NCBI GenBank assembly: GCA_038496445.1
Contig: JALMLS010000471.1
Span: forward strand, 62,001 to 126,000
Length of the DNA stretch: 64,000 bases
Origin: Trichosphaerium sp. ATCC 40318
Taxonomy: Eukaryota; Protista; Tubulinea
Direction: 5' to 3'
The notes beneath the pieces are model-generated. The model was not told the DNA's origin. It worked only from the letters and a program-made list of their open reading frames with translations, and made no database searches. Shown here one piece after another: positions 13,892 through 27,698 of the stretch (positions are counted from its first letter, which is position 1; each line of letters opens with the position of its first letter). Position numbers and translations under genes: made by a program.

Positions 13892-14716
13892 GAATTTATC
13901 CGTGTGGAAGTGTGCCCTAAAGGAGATTGTTCTTTTAGCCGAAAAATTGTACTGAAAGTTAGTTTACCATCCAATATCGCGACTTACGTGGTACCATTGC
14001 CACTATATTCGTTTTTAAATTGTTTTTACCTAGAATTGAGTAAAACGTACGCAAACACGAGCTACTCTGCGTAGATTATGCTTAGGAACCTCCTAATGAT
14101 GTTTAGCTCATTGTTTTTAGCGTATTAGCCGTACATTAAACATCATGAGCCACAGCTCATTGGGAACTATAGATATAGGGTCCAAGGTTATTGCTACTCC
14201 TTCCGACATGGTAATAGCAGTAAAAAGAGGTTGTTTTACTTTGTTCTTGTGACGTTCAACCCCTATTCCTTGAATTTTTCGATTTGGCGGTCAAATTCAA
14301 ACAACACGATGTTTTTGGCGCCATTGCCAAGGTTGTAGCAACGTCAATGCCTAAAATATCTCAATTGAGAGTGCGAAAGTATCTCTCGCTTGACATTGAT
14401 CAAGATTGTGAAGCAACACTAGTACCTATGAATTTTCTTGCGCGTAAGACTACAACTAAGCCTCTATTTTGGGAAAAACTCTGGAGTACTTTTGTCTCTA
14501 CCGGAAAATAGGCTTACAAAACGATACAAACAGAATATTTGTATCATGTAATATTACGTATTGATTGCTGCAGTCTAGAATTAATAAGTAGCGTAATAAG
14601 GTGATGTCGTGGACACTGTACTATCAATAGTTGGCGTTATATTTATTTCACCTGAACAGTCTAGATTAGGAGGTTGGCTTATTGCTTTAAGTATTTTGGA
14701 AAAAAACACGACTACG

Positions 14717-17700
14717 ATGCATAAAGGTACTCTAGGTCACCTCTTTTGACAATTTTACCTATTAACTTGATATAGCGCTTGTTCTTTTGCTTGCAGCCGT
14801 TGTTGCACTTGCACTAGCCGGCAAAGACGGCTATTGTCAACATGGAGGTCGTTTTACTCCTGAATTGAGCGGTGTTTACCGTGTACAAGATGCTAGGTAC
14901 GTTTTGCGGTTGTTTTGTTTTCTGTACTCGTTGTTTTTTTCGTACTGTGTTTCTCGAGCCAATCAGTTCACATTAGGAATTACCACGTATACTCTAACAC
15001 TCTTATCATAGTAACGACGTACCTACACGTATTTGCCTAAAGTTTAATGATTTATTCGACGACGGCAAGAACGTCGTGTTCGCTTGCAACTACAAGGAGA
15101 ACGGTATACAATTGGCTGATACTAGGGTTTATTGGGAGTTAAATACAACAACACCTGATAACTCTACCGGTAAAATGACTCTATTCGGTATTATTTATGG
15201 TGGAGTAAGCTCAAACGGAGGTTCAAGTTCATCAGCTTGGGATTCGGATACAGCACAGCAATTTGTTGTGAATTACGTCATTGATTTCGAGAGAGTCACT
15301 CCAAGAAGCGGTGGAGTCAATAACGGAACTAATATCACAGTAAACTGGGTATCTACAGGTTCACAAGGGCTTATTAAAGGAAAAGACGCCAATGATGACT
15401 ACTTCACAGTGTGCGTCAGTCCTCACTGAACGAAACTTATTCCAAGTTTTTTAGCACATGATCTTTTTTTAACATTTTGTTTCAATCCTCCTTTTTTTGT
15501 TCAGTAGTGATCTAACTGTATGTCTATAGTGCCGCCTTCAGTGGTAAGAATCCTCAAGAGAGCATAAGAAACTTTGCAAACGCAATGGGAACTGGATACT
15601 CTAACACTGTAATTGACACATCTGTTTGGGGTTGGATTGACTCAGACGATTCGGCTGCACCTGCTAGTGATACAAGAGATTTAAACCTTCTTTTACAAGA
15701 ATGTGTTGACTACTGTGACCTTGGAGATGCCTTTTTCCCTCAAGTTTCAGGACGCTACCAATTCAGTGCTCCAGTGTACGTTTTAACTAAAGCACAACCA
15801 GTTTTGTACAAGATATTCTGAACCGAAAAAAATCTCTGTGATAGTTTGCAACTTCTAATATTGTCCATTTAGGTATGGTACTTTCTTTGACTATTCAGGA
15901 GGTTCAAGCACTTCTATTGCCCCTGAAACAGTGACATGTAACGAGGTGTCATACAGTCAACTGTCTACCGATGTAGAAGAGGTAATTGTTGATGATTCCG
16001 AAACAGCAAAAGCAAACGTTACAAACGGTGGTCAATGCGTCTCTGCTACGCCTTCTGGTGCTCATACAATTTCTTTGGATATCTCAGACCCTTTTTCTAT
16101 TCCAAACATATTTTGGGGTGTTACTGGGCAATTTAACAGCGGTAGTACTTCATACGACCCAGCTGGCGCTGCCATTGGTCAAATCCGTACGTTTTTGTTT
16201 TACTTCTCCTTTTTTTTTCTTTCCAGATAACTCTACTCCACTCAACTCTAGTAAACGCTCTGACATATCACGTACGTGATAATCACAAAAGACAAGTCAT
16301 ACAGCGTAGAGAAATGTCAAATCGTTCATGTCGTAGAGATATCCTAGTTTTATTGTTTTTTCTTGTTTTTTTCCAATATTTATTGTTTTGTTATAGCTGG
16401 TCCTCGCCAAGATCTTGTTGTTGCTTTAGGTTCTACTAATGGAGTCACTTCTTGTAATGTAGCACAAACAGTATTTTCAGGCATAAAATCTTATTTGCTG
16501 TCAAGTACTTTTAGGCTGTATTATGAAAACGTTGCGGTACGCTTGCTTTCTTGCTCTTAGAAATTAGTGTCTAAATCTCATTTTCTTTTTGCAGTGCGTA
16601 CGCCTATCCTATGGTTTCTTTGCTAGTTCATGGGCACCAATAAACTCTGGAGCATACACACGCATCTGTACAACAGCAGACGCTATAGCTTTTGTAGCAG
16701 ATATGGACGCAGCTTTTGCTGCAGTTCAGTCATCGGCTGGTACTGGCAATAACATAGACGATTCACTAGAAGCAATTGTTGCTCAGCATGAAGCTTATGT
16801 ATCATCTCTTTCATTCACTCCTTCAGGAGTCGTAACACTGCTATACATTGTTGATGAAAATGATCAATCAAGTGGTCCACTAGTTGGTTTGACAAACGCT
16901 CTTAATGCCGGACAGACTGTTAGTCTCGTTGGCGTTGGACTTCGTTTATCAAGAACTTTTAGACGAAGCCATGCTGGAGGTCTTGGCACAACAAGCTTTT
17001 CACTACGCAATGCGTGTTTAGCGTCAGGTTTTAGCTCTGTTCTTAACCTCGCATTAAACAGGGTGGCTAGAATACTACCAGATAGTTCGTTAGTTAACCC
17101 TCCTTCATACATAGGTAAGTGTACAAAACTCGAGAAAAAAACAAGAAAAAAAACGCCTTTTGGAACACACAAACATTCTTCTAACCTACATTGATCATTT
17201 ACTAAATATTTAACACGTAGGTCAGTGTATTCCACCTACTACACTTCAAGACTATGATCAAGCTTGTGCACCACAAAAAGTGTCTCCTTTGACGTCTTTA
17301 TTCGACACAAATGTTGATGCTACACTAAGAGATGGTCGCTTGACACTCGATATTGATGCTCCTTGGGAAGAATCAATAATTCACGATCAACACAACTTCG
17401 CTTTGAACACAACAGTTACATTCAAACCATATGTTGTTGAGAAGTACTCTACAATTCCAAGACCTGATACAAAGATCTGTAACTACACACCTTTCATATC
17501 TTCACACTGGACAGTCAAAGAGCCTGACTTTAGTCGTAACTGCAGAAACACATACAAAGCACAATGGAACGTAGCTGATCTTGTTACTGACGGATGTGCA
17601 ACACGTGTCTACTGTACAGAGAATAACCAACCTGAAGCAGTTCCATCAAACTCAGCATGTGACCCAGACTTATGCGTATCAGGAACTTGCTACAAGATCT

Positions 17701-18954
17701 ATGAATTTGAGTTCTCTGTTGACAGATTCTATAATGTATCTGCTCATACCCTCGGTGTTCAAGCAATCCGTCTAGCAGGTGATGAACACAGAATTGTTCT
17801 CGTAACACCATGGATCCTTACCGGAGAAGTAACAGTTGACTACGTTGCTCCACCTGATGTACAATGGGCTGCTGTCATTCCGCTCTTGAAGTATTCTCTT
17901 GATCCTCTCTTTGATGCTAACGGAGCACTTCAAGCCTCAGAAGGCTATTGGTACGTAATCTCTTTGAAATACAAAACAAGTTTATGGTTGCAAGCAACTT
18001 ACTTTTTTATTAAATAGGGAGTTTGAAGTTAAGACTGGTCTTCGTGCTCCTTTTGAGCTTGTAGAAGTTGGTGTCGGTAAACTTCAGCGTCAGTCTACTG
18101 GATCTCCACTTGAAGTTGACTACACAATTGAAAACACTTGTGACGGTCAATACAACGACTCCAACCCTACCACAACTTTAGGTGAACAAGTATGCACACA
18201 GAGAATCCGCGTATTCTTCGATGAGTGTGACATGCTCTCTACCAGATACTCCTACATCTTCACCAACCTTCACTACACCTGTGATGCTGGTGCTCGTATC
18301 CTGTGGCCTGAATTCTGTGTCAACAACACGACCAGACCAGCTGAGCTCAACGTCGATATTGTGGGTACCCAATCTTGCAACGATATCCGCGAAGAAGTTG
18401 TTGTTGGTGGTGTTGAACTAGCATCTTATGTATCTGATTGGTCTGATACCATCAAGACATACCTTTTTGGTACTGATGACATGAACCTCAGATTCGAAGT
18501 TAAAGCAACAAACCCAACAAACGTTGCTTGTGAAGGTGTCCCAGCCATTGATGACCTCGTCTTGACAAAGTTCTCTGCTGGTGAAAGACTTTTGGTCACC
18601 GGTACACCTGCTCCTCTTGTTGAGTACCCAACATCCGTATGCCAACGTGTTGTTGTACCACAAGGTGACTGCGATAAACCATGTGTATACTGCTGTGTTG
18701 TAGATCCAACTGATGTTGATATCAGTATTGGTCCTAATGAGCCAGCAACATGGTGGACAATGAGAGAATCTATTGAAGTACAATGGAGTGGTTTCACAAA
18801 GAAGTCAGTTTTGGATATTACTACGCCAACTACACAAGCTACATCTGCTTCTGCTGATGTAAGAATGCAACCTGGTAGCGCTGTAAGCAGTGTATCTTTC
18901 GTTCAACCATTGGTCTTCTTGGTTGTTGCTATTATTGCTGTTTTATTGTTCTAA
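14717..18954 (+). CDS. Large secreted/surface protein: signal peptide, vWA-like domain, Cys-rich region, hydrophobic C-terminus (GPI/TM)
   Basis: MHK|ALVLLLAAVVALALA signal peptide; vWA-like strand pattern (DLVVAL, VRLSYGFF, NIDDSLEAI, TLLYIVD); many Cys; ends FVQPLVFLVVAIIAVLLF*. Multi-exon. Confidence 0.75.
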
Positions 18955-19488
18955 TTTTAAAGCGTGGAAATAAAGTGTAAACAACAAATTAAACGAATGC
19001 CTTGTTGACTTTGGATTCAACGACAATCCTTTTGTGTGAGGTTTTGGCGTTTGGTGTTTAAACACTATGTGCGCCTGAAGTAACAGCAAGCGAAGCTTGT
19101 TATCTTGTTAGTGTGCGGCTTTAGAGTTGTAGTTGAACGACCTCCACATAGCATCATTTTATCTATTCAAAACTGCTAGCAACCGGACACTTTGTTTGCC
19201 ACAGTGTCAACCGAGGAACCTTTAATAAAAACATAACGTGTTTGCTGTTGGTCACCAGATCTCTTGATGTTGTAGCCACGTGAAATAATGTAAAAAGTCG
19301 CCGTTTGTATTGTCACGTTATACACCAACCTCGTAGTAGACACTTGGTTGTTTAAACGTCTACATGTTGAAGTATTATAGGCAATATCAACGCCACAACT
19401 CATCATTTGTCCAAGATTATTAACTCACTGCGACTTTCATTGAACATGTAGCGGTTACTTTTTTTAAATTCAAACAGCAAAGCGTCTT

Positions 19489-22400
19489 ATGGCTTTGTAC
19501 CCTTCTATATGTGATGTATTCGCTCGAATACAGATTGAGGGTAGCTGTGCAGCCGATTTAAATGCTCTCAACAAATTACAGCGCAAGGATGGCTTTTTCG
19601 ACGATTTCGTACGCGTAATAAAGCCAGCGCTTATGATAAGCAAACGAGAGCCATCAATTGAGCGGATTATCGAGTTTGTGGTAGAATTTGCTTCTCAAGC
19701 AAAACCTATTGGCGGTCCTTTCGCGTTACAAATGACATGGCATTTGTTAACTTATTTGGACGCGGGAAATAAAGCTATACGCTTTCGTTCGTGCCAAATC
19801 ATCTCAAACCTTCTCAAAGTACTCGACGACGAACAAGAGATCGAGTACACTACTAACGACTCGCTACAATAAATAACTTTTTTTTGTAGCGATGATCAGT
19901 TCGAAAACCTTTTAACAGGGTTACTAAGACGTTTGGACGATAAAGTACGTTTGAATCTACAACTTAACTTTTGCCGCGTGTTGCTGATCGTTTTTGTAGG
20001 TTGCGATCGTACGCGCTCAAGCTGTAGAAGCTATTTCGAGGCTTCAAGGTCCAGAAGCTGATGATCCTGTAACAACTCGCCTTTTGCATCTACTCGCTAC
20101 AGACTCATCAAAGTACGGCCCATTACACTGCTTAGCCGTTAGAAGGAGGGCATCTAGCTCTACTCCTCGATCTAACAAAATTGTAGGGACGTTAGGAACA
20201 CCGTACTTACTAATATCGCTTTAACGAGGCATTCTCGCCCGATTCTACTGGCGCGTACAAGAGACGTTAATGCGTCAATTCGAGAAGCCACCGTTAATAC
20301 CATCACTAAACGCGTTTCAGCAGCTACACTACGTATAGCTCAACGCAAGGAAGTATTAAAGACGGCTATTCTAGACAGGTAAGATTTTTGAAACAAGACG
20401 TACTGTGTTGTGCGGTTTTTGACGTTGTGCTTAGAGATATCAAAGTACAACAAGCTGGAATACGGTTAGCTTATACATGGCTAGTCCAGTATGGCAATAA
20501 ACCTTCTGGTACGTGACTTTGAACTTGGGTTTTTTGCTTTCTTTTGAAGTCGTTTTTTCGAAAAAAATTACAAATGTGGCTATTGAACTGATTGTATTTT
20601 TTTTAGTTTTTCTTCGCGCTTTGGATGTTGACACATGGCTTGATGATGTCAAAGCTGTTATGGCTGTCGTATTGAGAGAAGACGATGATAATTGGCCTAA
20701 ACCTACTATGGCTACAGCAGCAGAAGAAGAGATGACCTTAGAAACAATCGTTTATTGGTAAGTTGCAAGCTAATTTTTTTTTTTCAAACCAGTAAGCTTA
20801 TCGCTTTCTCAGGCAATGTCATGCTAAGCACTGGGCTGATAATGGACAAAGGAGGTTCGACGAAGTGCTACCTATCCCAACATACTGCCAAATGGTAAGT
20901 AAAAGCTCCACAAAGAGCAAACAACTTCATTCTACGCTTTTTTTTTCTGACTTTTTTTTTTTTCAGGTCAAGAAAAATTCAAAAGATCCGCTAATCCTTG
21001 CTGAATGCGTTGCTCTGTCCGATTACTATGCGTCATTTATATCTATGGACTGTGAATCTATGTTATGGGATCTTTTTGTTTCATTATTATCAAATCCATC
21101 TCTTCCTTGTGTATTAGTACGACCAGTTATGCATGGTCTCATTCGATATGCTCCAGATGAGGAAAACGTTATTTGGTACGCACAGTTTACATTTTTTCGT
21201 TTTTTTTTCTTGATTTTCCTTTATTTCCCTCAAACGACCTCTGTTGATCTCTTACGTTGCCTCTAGTGCTTCTCTTCAAGCCATGAATACCTTAGAAGAG
21301 CATATACAAAAATCAGAAAATGAACCATCAGCTTCTGATGATGTAAACTCAGGAGACTACCAGACAGAAAGACTTCGTCTTTCTATTCTTTTGAATATCC
21401 TTGAAATATCTCCTAATGTCATTCATCATCTTGATCCTCCTATGATAAGGACACAGATTGTGTCTTGGGGTCTAGATCAATCAGAACCAGAGCTTAGATC
21501 TTTTGCTTTTAAAGTTCTTGCTCTTGTTGAAGTAACAGTTGCACATCATGGATGGCTTTTTGAACCAATGTCTATTCGTGTCTTCTTGCAAGCAATTAAC
21601 TTTGATGAAGCTTCTGTGCGTGTTGCTGCTCTTCAAGGATTAATGGATATTATAATGGTTCATGGTATGGATGAAGTGATTGATGCGTTAGAGTACGTTA
21701 AGAAGAAGAAAAAAGAAACTTTTGTTTTTCTTGACCGAGAATTTTTTTTGTTAATGTTTTGCTTTATAGAGGACAAAGTGTTGTAGATGTTTTTGATAAA
21801 ATAATGCGTAGTCAAAAAGGAACACTTTGTGCTGCTTGTGCTGAAGGCGTAGCAAAATTGCTATTTTGTAATCGTGTATTTGAGCCGAAACTATTAGCGA
21901 GTAAGTACCTTTCGTTTTTTTTGTTTTGTTTTTTTTTTCGTCTGTAACTCAGTTTTTGTTTCTTTTTTCAACTTGTTGTATTCGTAAATTCGCTTTTCTT
22001 ACTGCAGTAAAACGTTTCTATGATTGAAAGTCTTTGTACTTTTTTTTGCACGTGATTTTTAAGAAAAAAACAGGAATTTTGTTGATCGTTTCTTTAGGAC
22101 TTTTTATGTTCTTTTTTATCGACATCAAGGATGATATTGACGATCTATTGGATGGTGATGATATCTATGATACTGAAGCAACACCACAACAGCGTGTAGA
22201 GCAAGTATTAAGCGTGTTTTTTACTGCTTTCGCATTCTCTTCAGAACAACGTCAGACATTTGTTATTATCGCTTTTAAACAAGTTATTAATTGGGTAATA
22301 CATGCTCAAGAGTACGTTTTTTAACTATGCTAAAAATCAGATACACTGTGTTTACTGTGTTGGACAACCTTGTTTTTTTTTTTGCTTTTGTATTTTCGTG

Positions 22401-24679
22401 TCAAAAATTGATCGATTTTTACTCCTTAGGTACCCTCAATTAAATACAAAATCTATTCCTAAGATGATTGATATGATGTTACACTTGATAAACCCATTAT
22501 TGATTCAAAAACGTGTCAGTGAAGATAACCAAGAAGAAGACAAAGAAAAAGAACAAATTATCAAAAGTCAACATTTTTCTGTTGTCGAAGCGATTCTCCT
22601 CAACACTGCAGCATATCCAAGTTCTTTAGAAGCAAGACCTTTCCTTAAATCATTACAAAAGTTTTTCTCTTTTGTTCCAGTACCAACAGAACCAAGCCAA
22701 GAAGCCTCACGTGTTATCTACCTCATCGAAAAAATAACGGACAGCGCAAAATTCGATAGAGCCACAACGAACTCAATGAAGAAATTCAAGACATCACTCT
22801 CTGTCATTGAAAGTCTCAAACTATCTCCAGAAGAAGAGTATCAAATAGGTAAACGATTTTAAAACCTCATTACAAAAGAGAAGGAGAACTGTCCTTCAAA
22901 AAACTTGATATCAACCTTTTTTTTTTTGACCTTATTTCATTCATTCTTATTTTTTTCTTAGATCTCAAAATCGATGGTATTGTGACTGCTTTGACAGATA
23001 AGAGCAATGGTCATAGTAGCGATAATTTATCGCTCTCTGATTCATCTGGGTTATCTCTAGATGAATTACCTGAGTCAATACGGAGTACCTTGGACGATGA
23101 CTTGTCTCTATCAGAAGAAGACGATATTCAAACTTCAGATGTTCGGGAAAGCAAGAAAAAAGCTCCAATGAAGAGAAAAAGTGAATACTCTTCTGCTATG
23201 GCTCGTATTGAATCACTTCTATCTGATGATTCTGAATCTGAGTCTGAAGAAGATGTTGTTCCAACTACAACAAAGAAACCACCAAAGAAACGATCTAGCA
23301 TTACAAAAAAATCATCTCTTCCAACAACCAAAAAAAGAGCGACCAGAAGAAGTCTTCGACCAATTGCGCCTCAAAAACCAGTTCAATCAGAGGATGAGGT
23401 CGATGAGGATGAATCACATGAAACAGAAGAGGTTGAGACGACACGTGTTGCATCAAAACATCAAAATATCTTGAAGAAGAACAACTCAAGGCAACAAAGT
23501 ATTGATGCTATTTCTTCGCTTTCTGAAGATGACAGTGATGCTTCACCTAGAACCAGATTGCCTATACGCCGCAAGCGTAGCTTGAGTATAGATTCTCTTA
23601 TAAGTGATGAAGAAGACGAAGCAAGCGGATCTGATGACAACAGTGATGATGAAGAAGATGATTTTGAACTATCTCTTTCAGAAGACTCCGACATTTCATT
23701 TTCTGATGCAACTCCTTCTTCGAAGAAAAAACTCATTTCTACTTCAAGTCACGTCAACAGCTCAGATAAATTTTCTCTATCCCTAGACGAATCTTCAAGT
23801 GACAGTGACAGTGCATCAGAATCTGAAAAAGAAGATCAATTATCGGTCAAGAAGAATACAAGAAAAACAACAATTTTATCTTCTTCTGATGAAGACAGCC
23901 TTCTTTCTTCTTCAGCCTCGGATTCCGAAGAAGAACAAGTCATACCAGAGTCCCAAGAAAGTACTGTTAGTGTCTCAGTTCTACTTGAGGATGGTCTATC
24001 AGAGTCTGATTCTATAGAAGAGGAACCAAAACCAAAACCAAAGCGTACAAGGCGTAGAGTAACAAGTACGTTTTTTTTCATGAATTTTTTTTACAAGTTC
24101 TAACTTTTTTCTGTTTAAGGCGTTCATCATAGTACTATACCAAAACGGCCTGTCGCTAGACAGTCTATGACTACTAATAAAAGACCAATTAGTAATACAA
24201 CTACAAGAAGACGAACACAAGGTAAGAGAAAAGAAAGAGAGTAACTTGAGTTTTTTGCTAATTTTTTTTTCTAGTTCAAAGACGCCCTTCCGTGCAGAGA
24301 AAGTCTGTGTTATCGCGACCTTCGACATCAAGGAACTCCATGATGTCTAGACCTGCGCCTGACCGTAGACATTCACAAATGTCTGCTATGAGCTGTCTGG
24401 CTCAACCTAGGAAAAAACGTAAAGCTGTCGTCTTGGATGACAGAGAAAAAGAAAACTCTGTAAATAAGGTAAGCAAAAAACCAGGTTGCAAATTCTCATT
24501 TTTTTCCTTCTTTTATTTTGTGTTCAATGCTAACTGTCTTGCAGAGTTCGTCTTCAAGGGTGTATCGTATGCGTTCTCCTGCGTCTAAAATGAGAAAGTC
24601 TACTACCGCACGTGGTAATAACTCTACAGTTACAAAGCAAAGGATTACGAGGACAAAGAGGACAAGTCGTGTAAATTAA
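19489..24679 (+). CDS. NCAPG: Condensin complex subunit 3 (CAP-G/Ycg1), HEAT repeats with a long acidic/Ser-rich tail
   Basis: KREPSIERIIEFV, AGNKAIRFRSCQII, RLDDKVAIVRAQAVEAISRLQ, DVRNTVL..I, ARTRDVNASIR and CAEGVAKLL segments typical of CAP-G. The last exon ends with TAA at 24679. Confidence 0.9.
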
Positions 24680-25299
24680 AGAAAAAGCAGAAAAAAAATT
24701 GTACAATAAAAAAAAATTTCTATTACAAAACGACCACATAAAAAACAAAATTTATTGAATAAGAGAACATGGCTAGCCTCCAATGCGCTCAAAATGCAGT
24801 ACATGTATGTACAGCCATCACAAACATTGTGATGGCATAACAAAATAAAGATGGCACACCTGAACTTCAGCTTGCAAAATTCGTATTCTTGCATCAATGA
24901 AGATGAACGTACGTTGTGTAGTGATTTTGCGTAAGAAAACAACCCGTTCCATGCTTGACGATGTAGGCACTAAAGTTCGCTAGAGTACCCTTTTCAATCC
25001 TTACCTGAAGGCTTGCTCGGACGTAGGACGTTAAACGTTAAATGCTACCCATTCTGTAAGCAACGAATTCAAAATCTACCACAATATTCACACCGTGGAG
25101 TTGTTGTACTCTTAGCCACACATTTATTTGTAGGAGACCACTCTCGGTGCGAACAGCTGCAAGAAAAAGAAATCTTCCTACAATAAAGTTAAGAAAGGGC
25201 ACGCTTGGGTTGGACGTACCCGATACCAGGTAAGTATTGTACAAGGCGATAATCTTGGCCTGTTTTAAAGCGGTAAGAAAGTAGAATGCTTATTTTAGC

Positions 25300-26700
25300 T
25301 CGTAACAAAGCCATGGCCTTACTGTGCGTACTCAAAGGTTGATGTATGCATCTGGATGAGTGAACAAGTTGATCGCTACGCGTTAGTTTGCATCAAAAAG
25401 CTCAAACGTTTGTATGAAAGGTGACAATGTTAATGGTAGCGGATTTACGCGTGTTGGTCAAGATTGAGAGGCGCAGCGATCTCAATTACCTTGTAAAATT
25501 ATAAGGAGAGTTAAATCCGCGCTGCCTTATTGTTGGCGAGCCAGAGAGACACTTTTTGAAGTATTAGTGTTTGTAGAATGACTTGAAAAGTGAAGTCGTG
25601 CTGTGCGCTCATACCGTTTAAATGCTAATACAATGGTGTAGATTCTGAGTCCAGTACCGAACTTGTTTTAATACAAAACTCGTTTGTTGTTTAATTATCA
25701 CGCTTCACGTGTAACGTTACCTAGCACGCTGGTTTCCATGACTTTGGTGTAAATTTGCGTGATAAACTAAATCATCTGGTGCGATCGCTACTCAGATGCT
25801 TGGTAGTTGCTGTTGGTGCGGATGCGAGAGAATTCGAGAGTTTTGAGTAGTGTTTTGAGATTTTCAAGCTGTTTCTTATCAGCATTTTAGTTCTCTGCTC
25901 TAGTCTGGTCCTCGTCTGCTACTCAAAGGAAAAGGAGCTCTTACTATACTATAGGGCAGGGATGTTACGGACAATCACAGCTTTTGGCGCCAATACTATC
26001 CGCTGCCTTTACCTGTACAAGGGTGTGGTTTTACCGCATACTACAAAGATAGATTTGAAAAACCTTACGTTGGCAGCCTCTGGTACCACTATACGGGTTC
26101 TTACGCCATTGGCAAAGCTCTAGGTGCCGTAGTCTACTTGTAATACAGTTATGCACTATTCTTATGACCGAACCGGTAAGTATAGCGCCGTTGTAGCTAG
26201 TGTTGCAGGCTCATTTCGAACCTGTTTAACGTGCTGAGAAGCTAGACAATGGGATTAGATCTACTAACCGTTGTGATGATGTTGCTGGTGTACTCTGGCG
26301 CCATTACAATGGTTCTATCACTATGGCAAGCGCTAGGACGCCGAAGAATCTACTTGTAATTAGTTTTTGCACTTCTGTCTGGAATTGAACGGTAAGTAGA
26401 CAACCGTTGTAGCTAGTGTATGTAATGCTCATTTCGCACACCTTTAGGGCTCTTCGGCGAAGTGATAAATTAGAGAATCGGATTCGAATTTCGGATAACA
26501 ACCCTATTTCGAACAACCAAAATGCAACTTTCGAACAACAAAATGCTGCAAACGTTGTGCTAAACCGTGTGGTAGCATTTGTTTTCTCATTGGTGACAAA
26601 AAGTGTGCCGTTTCGGTGATAATGACCCATCCACAAATCGCGCTGAAAGTCCACACACTTGTTCATAACGGTCTGGGAACGCGTCTGCTGTAGTTTGAGC
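25300..26700 (+). pseudogene. Decayed LRR (probably F-box/LRR) gene remnants
   Basis: Degenerate internal repeat of about 220 bp. Translations give LRR-like pieces (DLKNLTLAASGTTIRVLTPLAKL, NLLVISFCTSV) broken by stops and frameshifts. Confidence 0.35.
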
Positions 26701-27331
26701 AGCTATAACATTGTAACCATAATTTATTTTTTCAATAAATCTCGTGTTTATAAACGATTTTCTTTTTTAGTACTATCACAAAATGATTACTGCACACATT
26801 TATTTGTGCGCTCTCAGCTTAATCGCTGACCCCTTTGCTCTCGTGCTGACAATCCTGTTTGTCGCATGCTGGATGATATTAGCATTTACTGCTATATCAG
26901 GCCTAAACCCTCCTCCTACTGCTAGGCCTCATACTTGTATGACGGCCCCAACTACCCCGAGTCCTCAACCGACTCCGAGTCCTAAACCGGCTCCTCCCCC
27001 TACTGACAATAAAATTGTGATAATCGACTCGGAGAATTTCTCTATGGTAGATTCTCCGAGTGCTGTATTATCATGCAGTTTCGATCATCACAAGTCAAAG
27101 GGTGGACTTAAAACTAAAATGAAAAAGTCCTATAAGGCAGCCAAACGAAAGTCTGGTCGAGCTTTCCGAAGACTGAGGCACTTAGTGCCTAAAACAGTGT
27201 ATAAGAAAGAAACTCAAAAATAAAAAAATCCATAAACCAAAAAAATTAATAGGAATTCCTATTTTTGTTTGGGCGGATACCTTTTTCTTATTTTTTTCAC
27301 ATTTTTGTCGTTTTGATTTTTCTGCATGAAT
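26130..27331 (+). repeat. Dispersed segmental duplication, copy 1 (copy 2 at about 57675-58869)
   Basis: Direct-orientation match, e.g. tactaaccgttgtgatgatgttgctggtgtactctggcgccattacaatg in both copies. Identity is near-complete across the 146-aa ORF. Confidence 0.95.
26783..27223 (+). CDS. Small orphan protein: N-terminal TM helix, Pro-rich linker, Lys/Arg-rich tail (copy 1)
   Basis: Intronless 146-aa ORF conserved in the duplicate with only 2 aa differences seen; AATAAA overlaps the stop. Confidence 0.55.
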   Translation: MITAHIYLCALSLIADPFALVLTILFVACWMILAFTAISGLNPPPTARPHTCMTAPTTPSPQPTPSPKPAPPPTDNKIVIIDSENFSMVDSPSAVLSCSFDHHKSKGGLKTKMKKSYKAAKRKSGRAFRRLRHLVPKTVYKKETQK

Positions 27332-27698
27332 ACAAGTGTCTTTGTTTGTCATGCAACTCAATACTGGCGTACAACATATGTACTTATTGATAGAGTAGGA
27401 GACGCAATGCCGTGCCACAGTTGAGGCGCCGTTTTCTATCCATTCATTGAACGAGAAGAGCGATTAACACTGGATCAATGTATTGTTGTCAAGATGAAAT
27501 ATATTTATGTTTTCGATTGTAGTCCTTACAACCCATGCTCAAAAAAATAGATTTACCTCTGGAAAGTACATCACACACTTTTCAGAGCCAGTGTTGTCAA
27601 TATTACTTTTCAAAGCAGGCGGAGCCTGATAACCATTACCACAACAAGGTATTATATTAATTATACAATATTATATTATTATTAGAATAGTCTGAGGC

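Noticed and set aside
22965-24081. Multiple antisense and alternate-frame ORFs
   Set aside because: They shadow the low-complexity Ser/Asp/Glu-rich CAP-G tail exon; the same applies to shadow ORFs over other exons.
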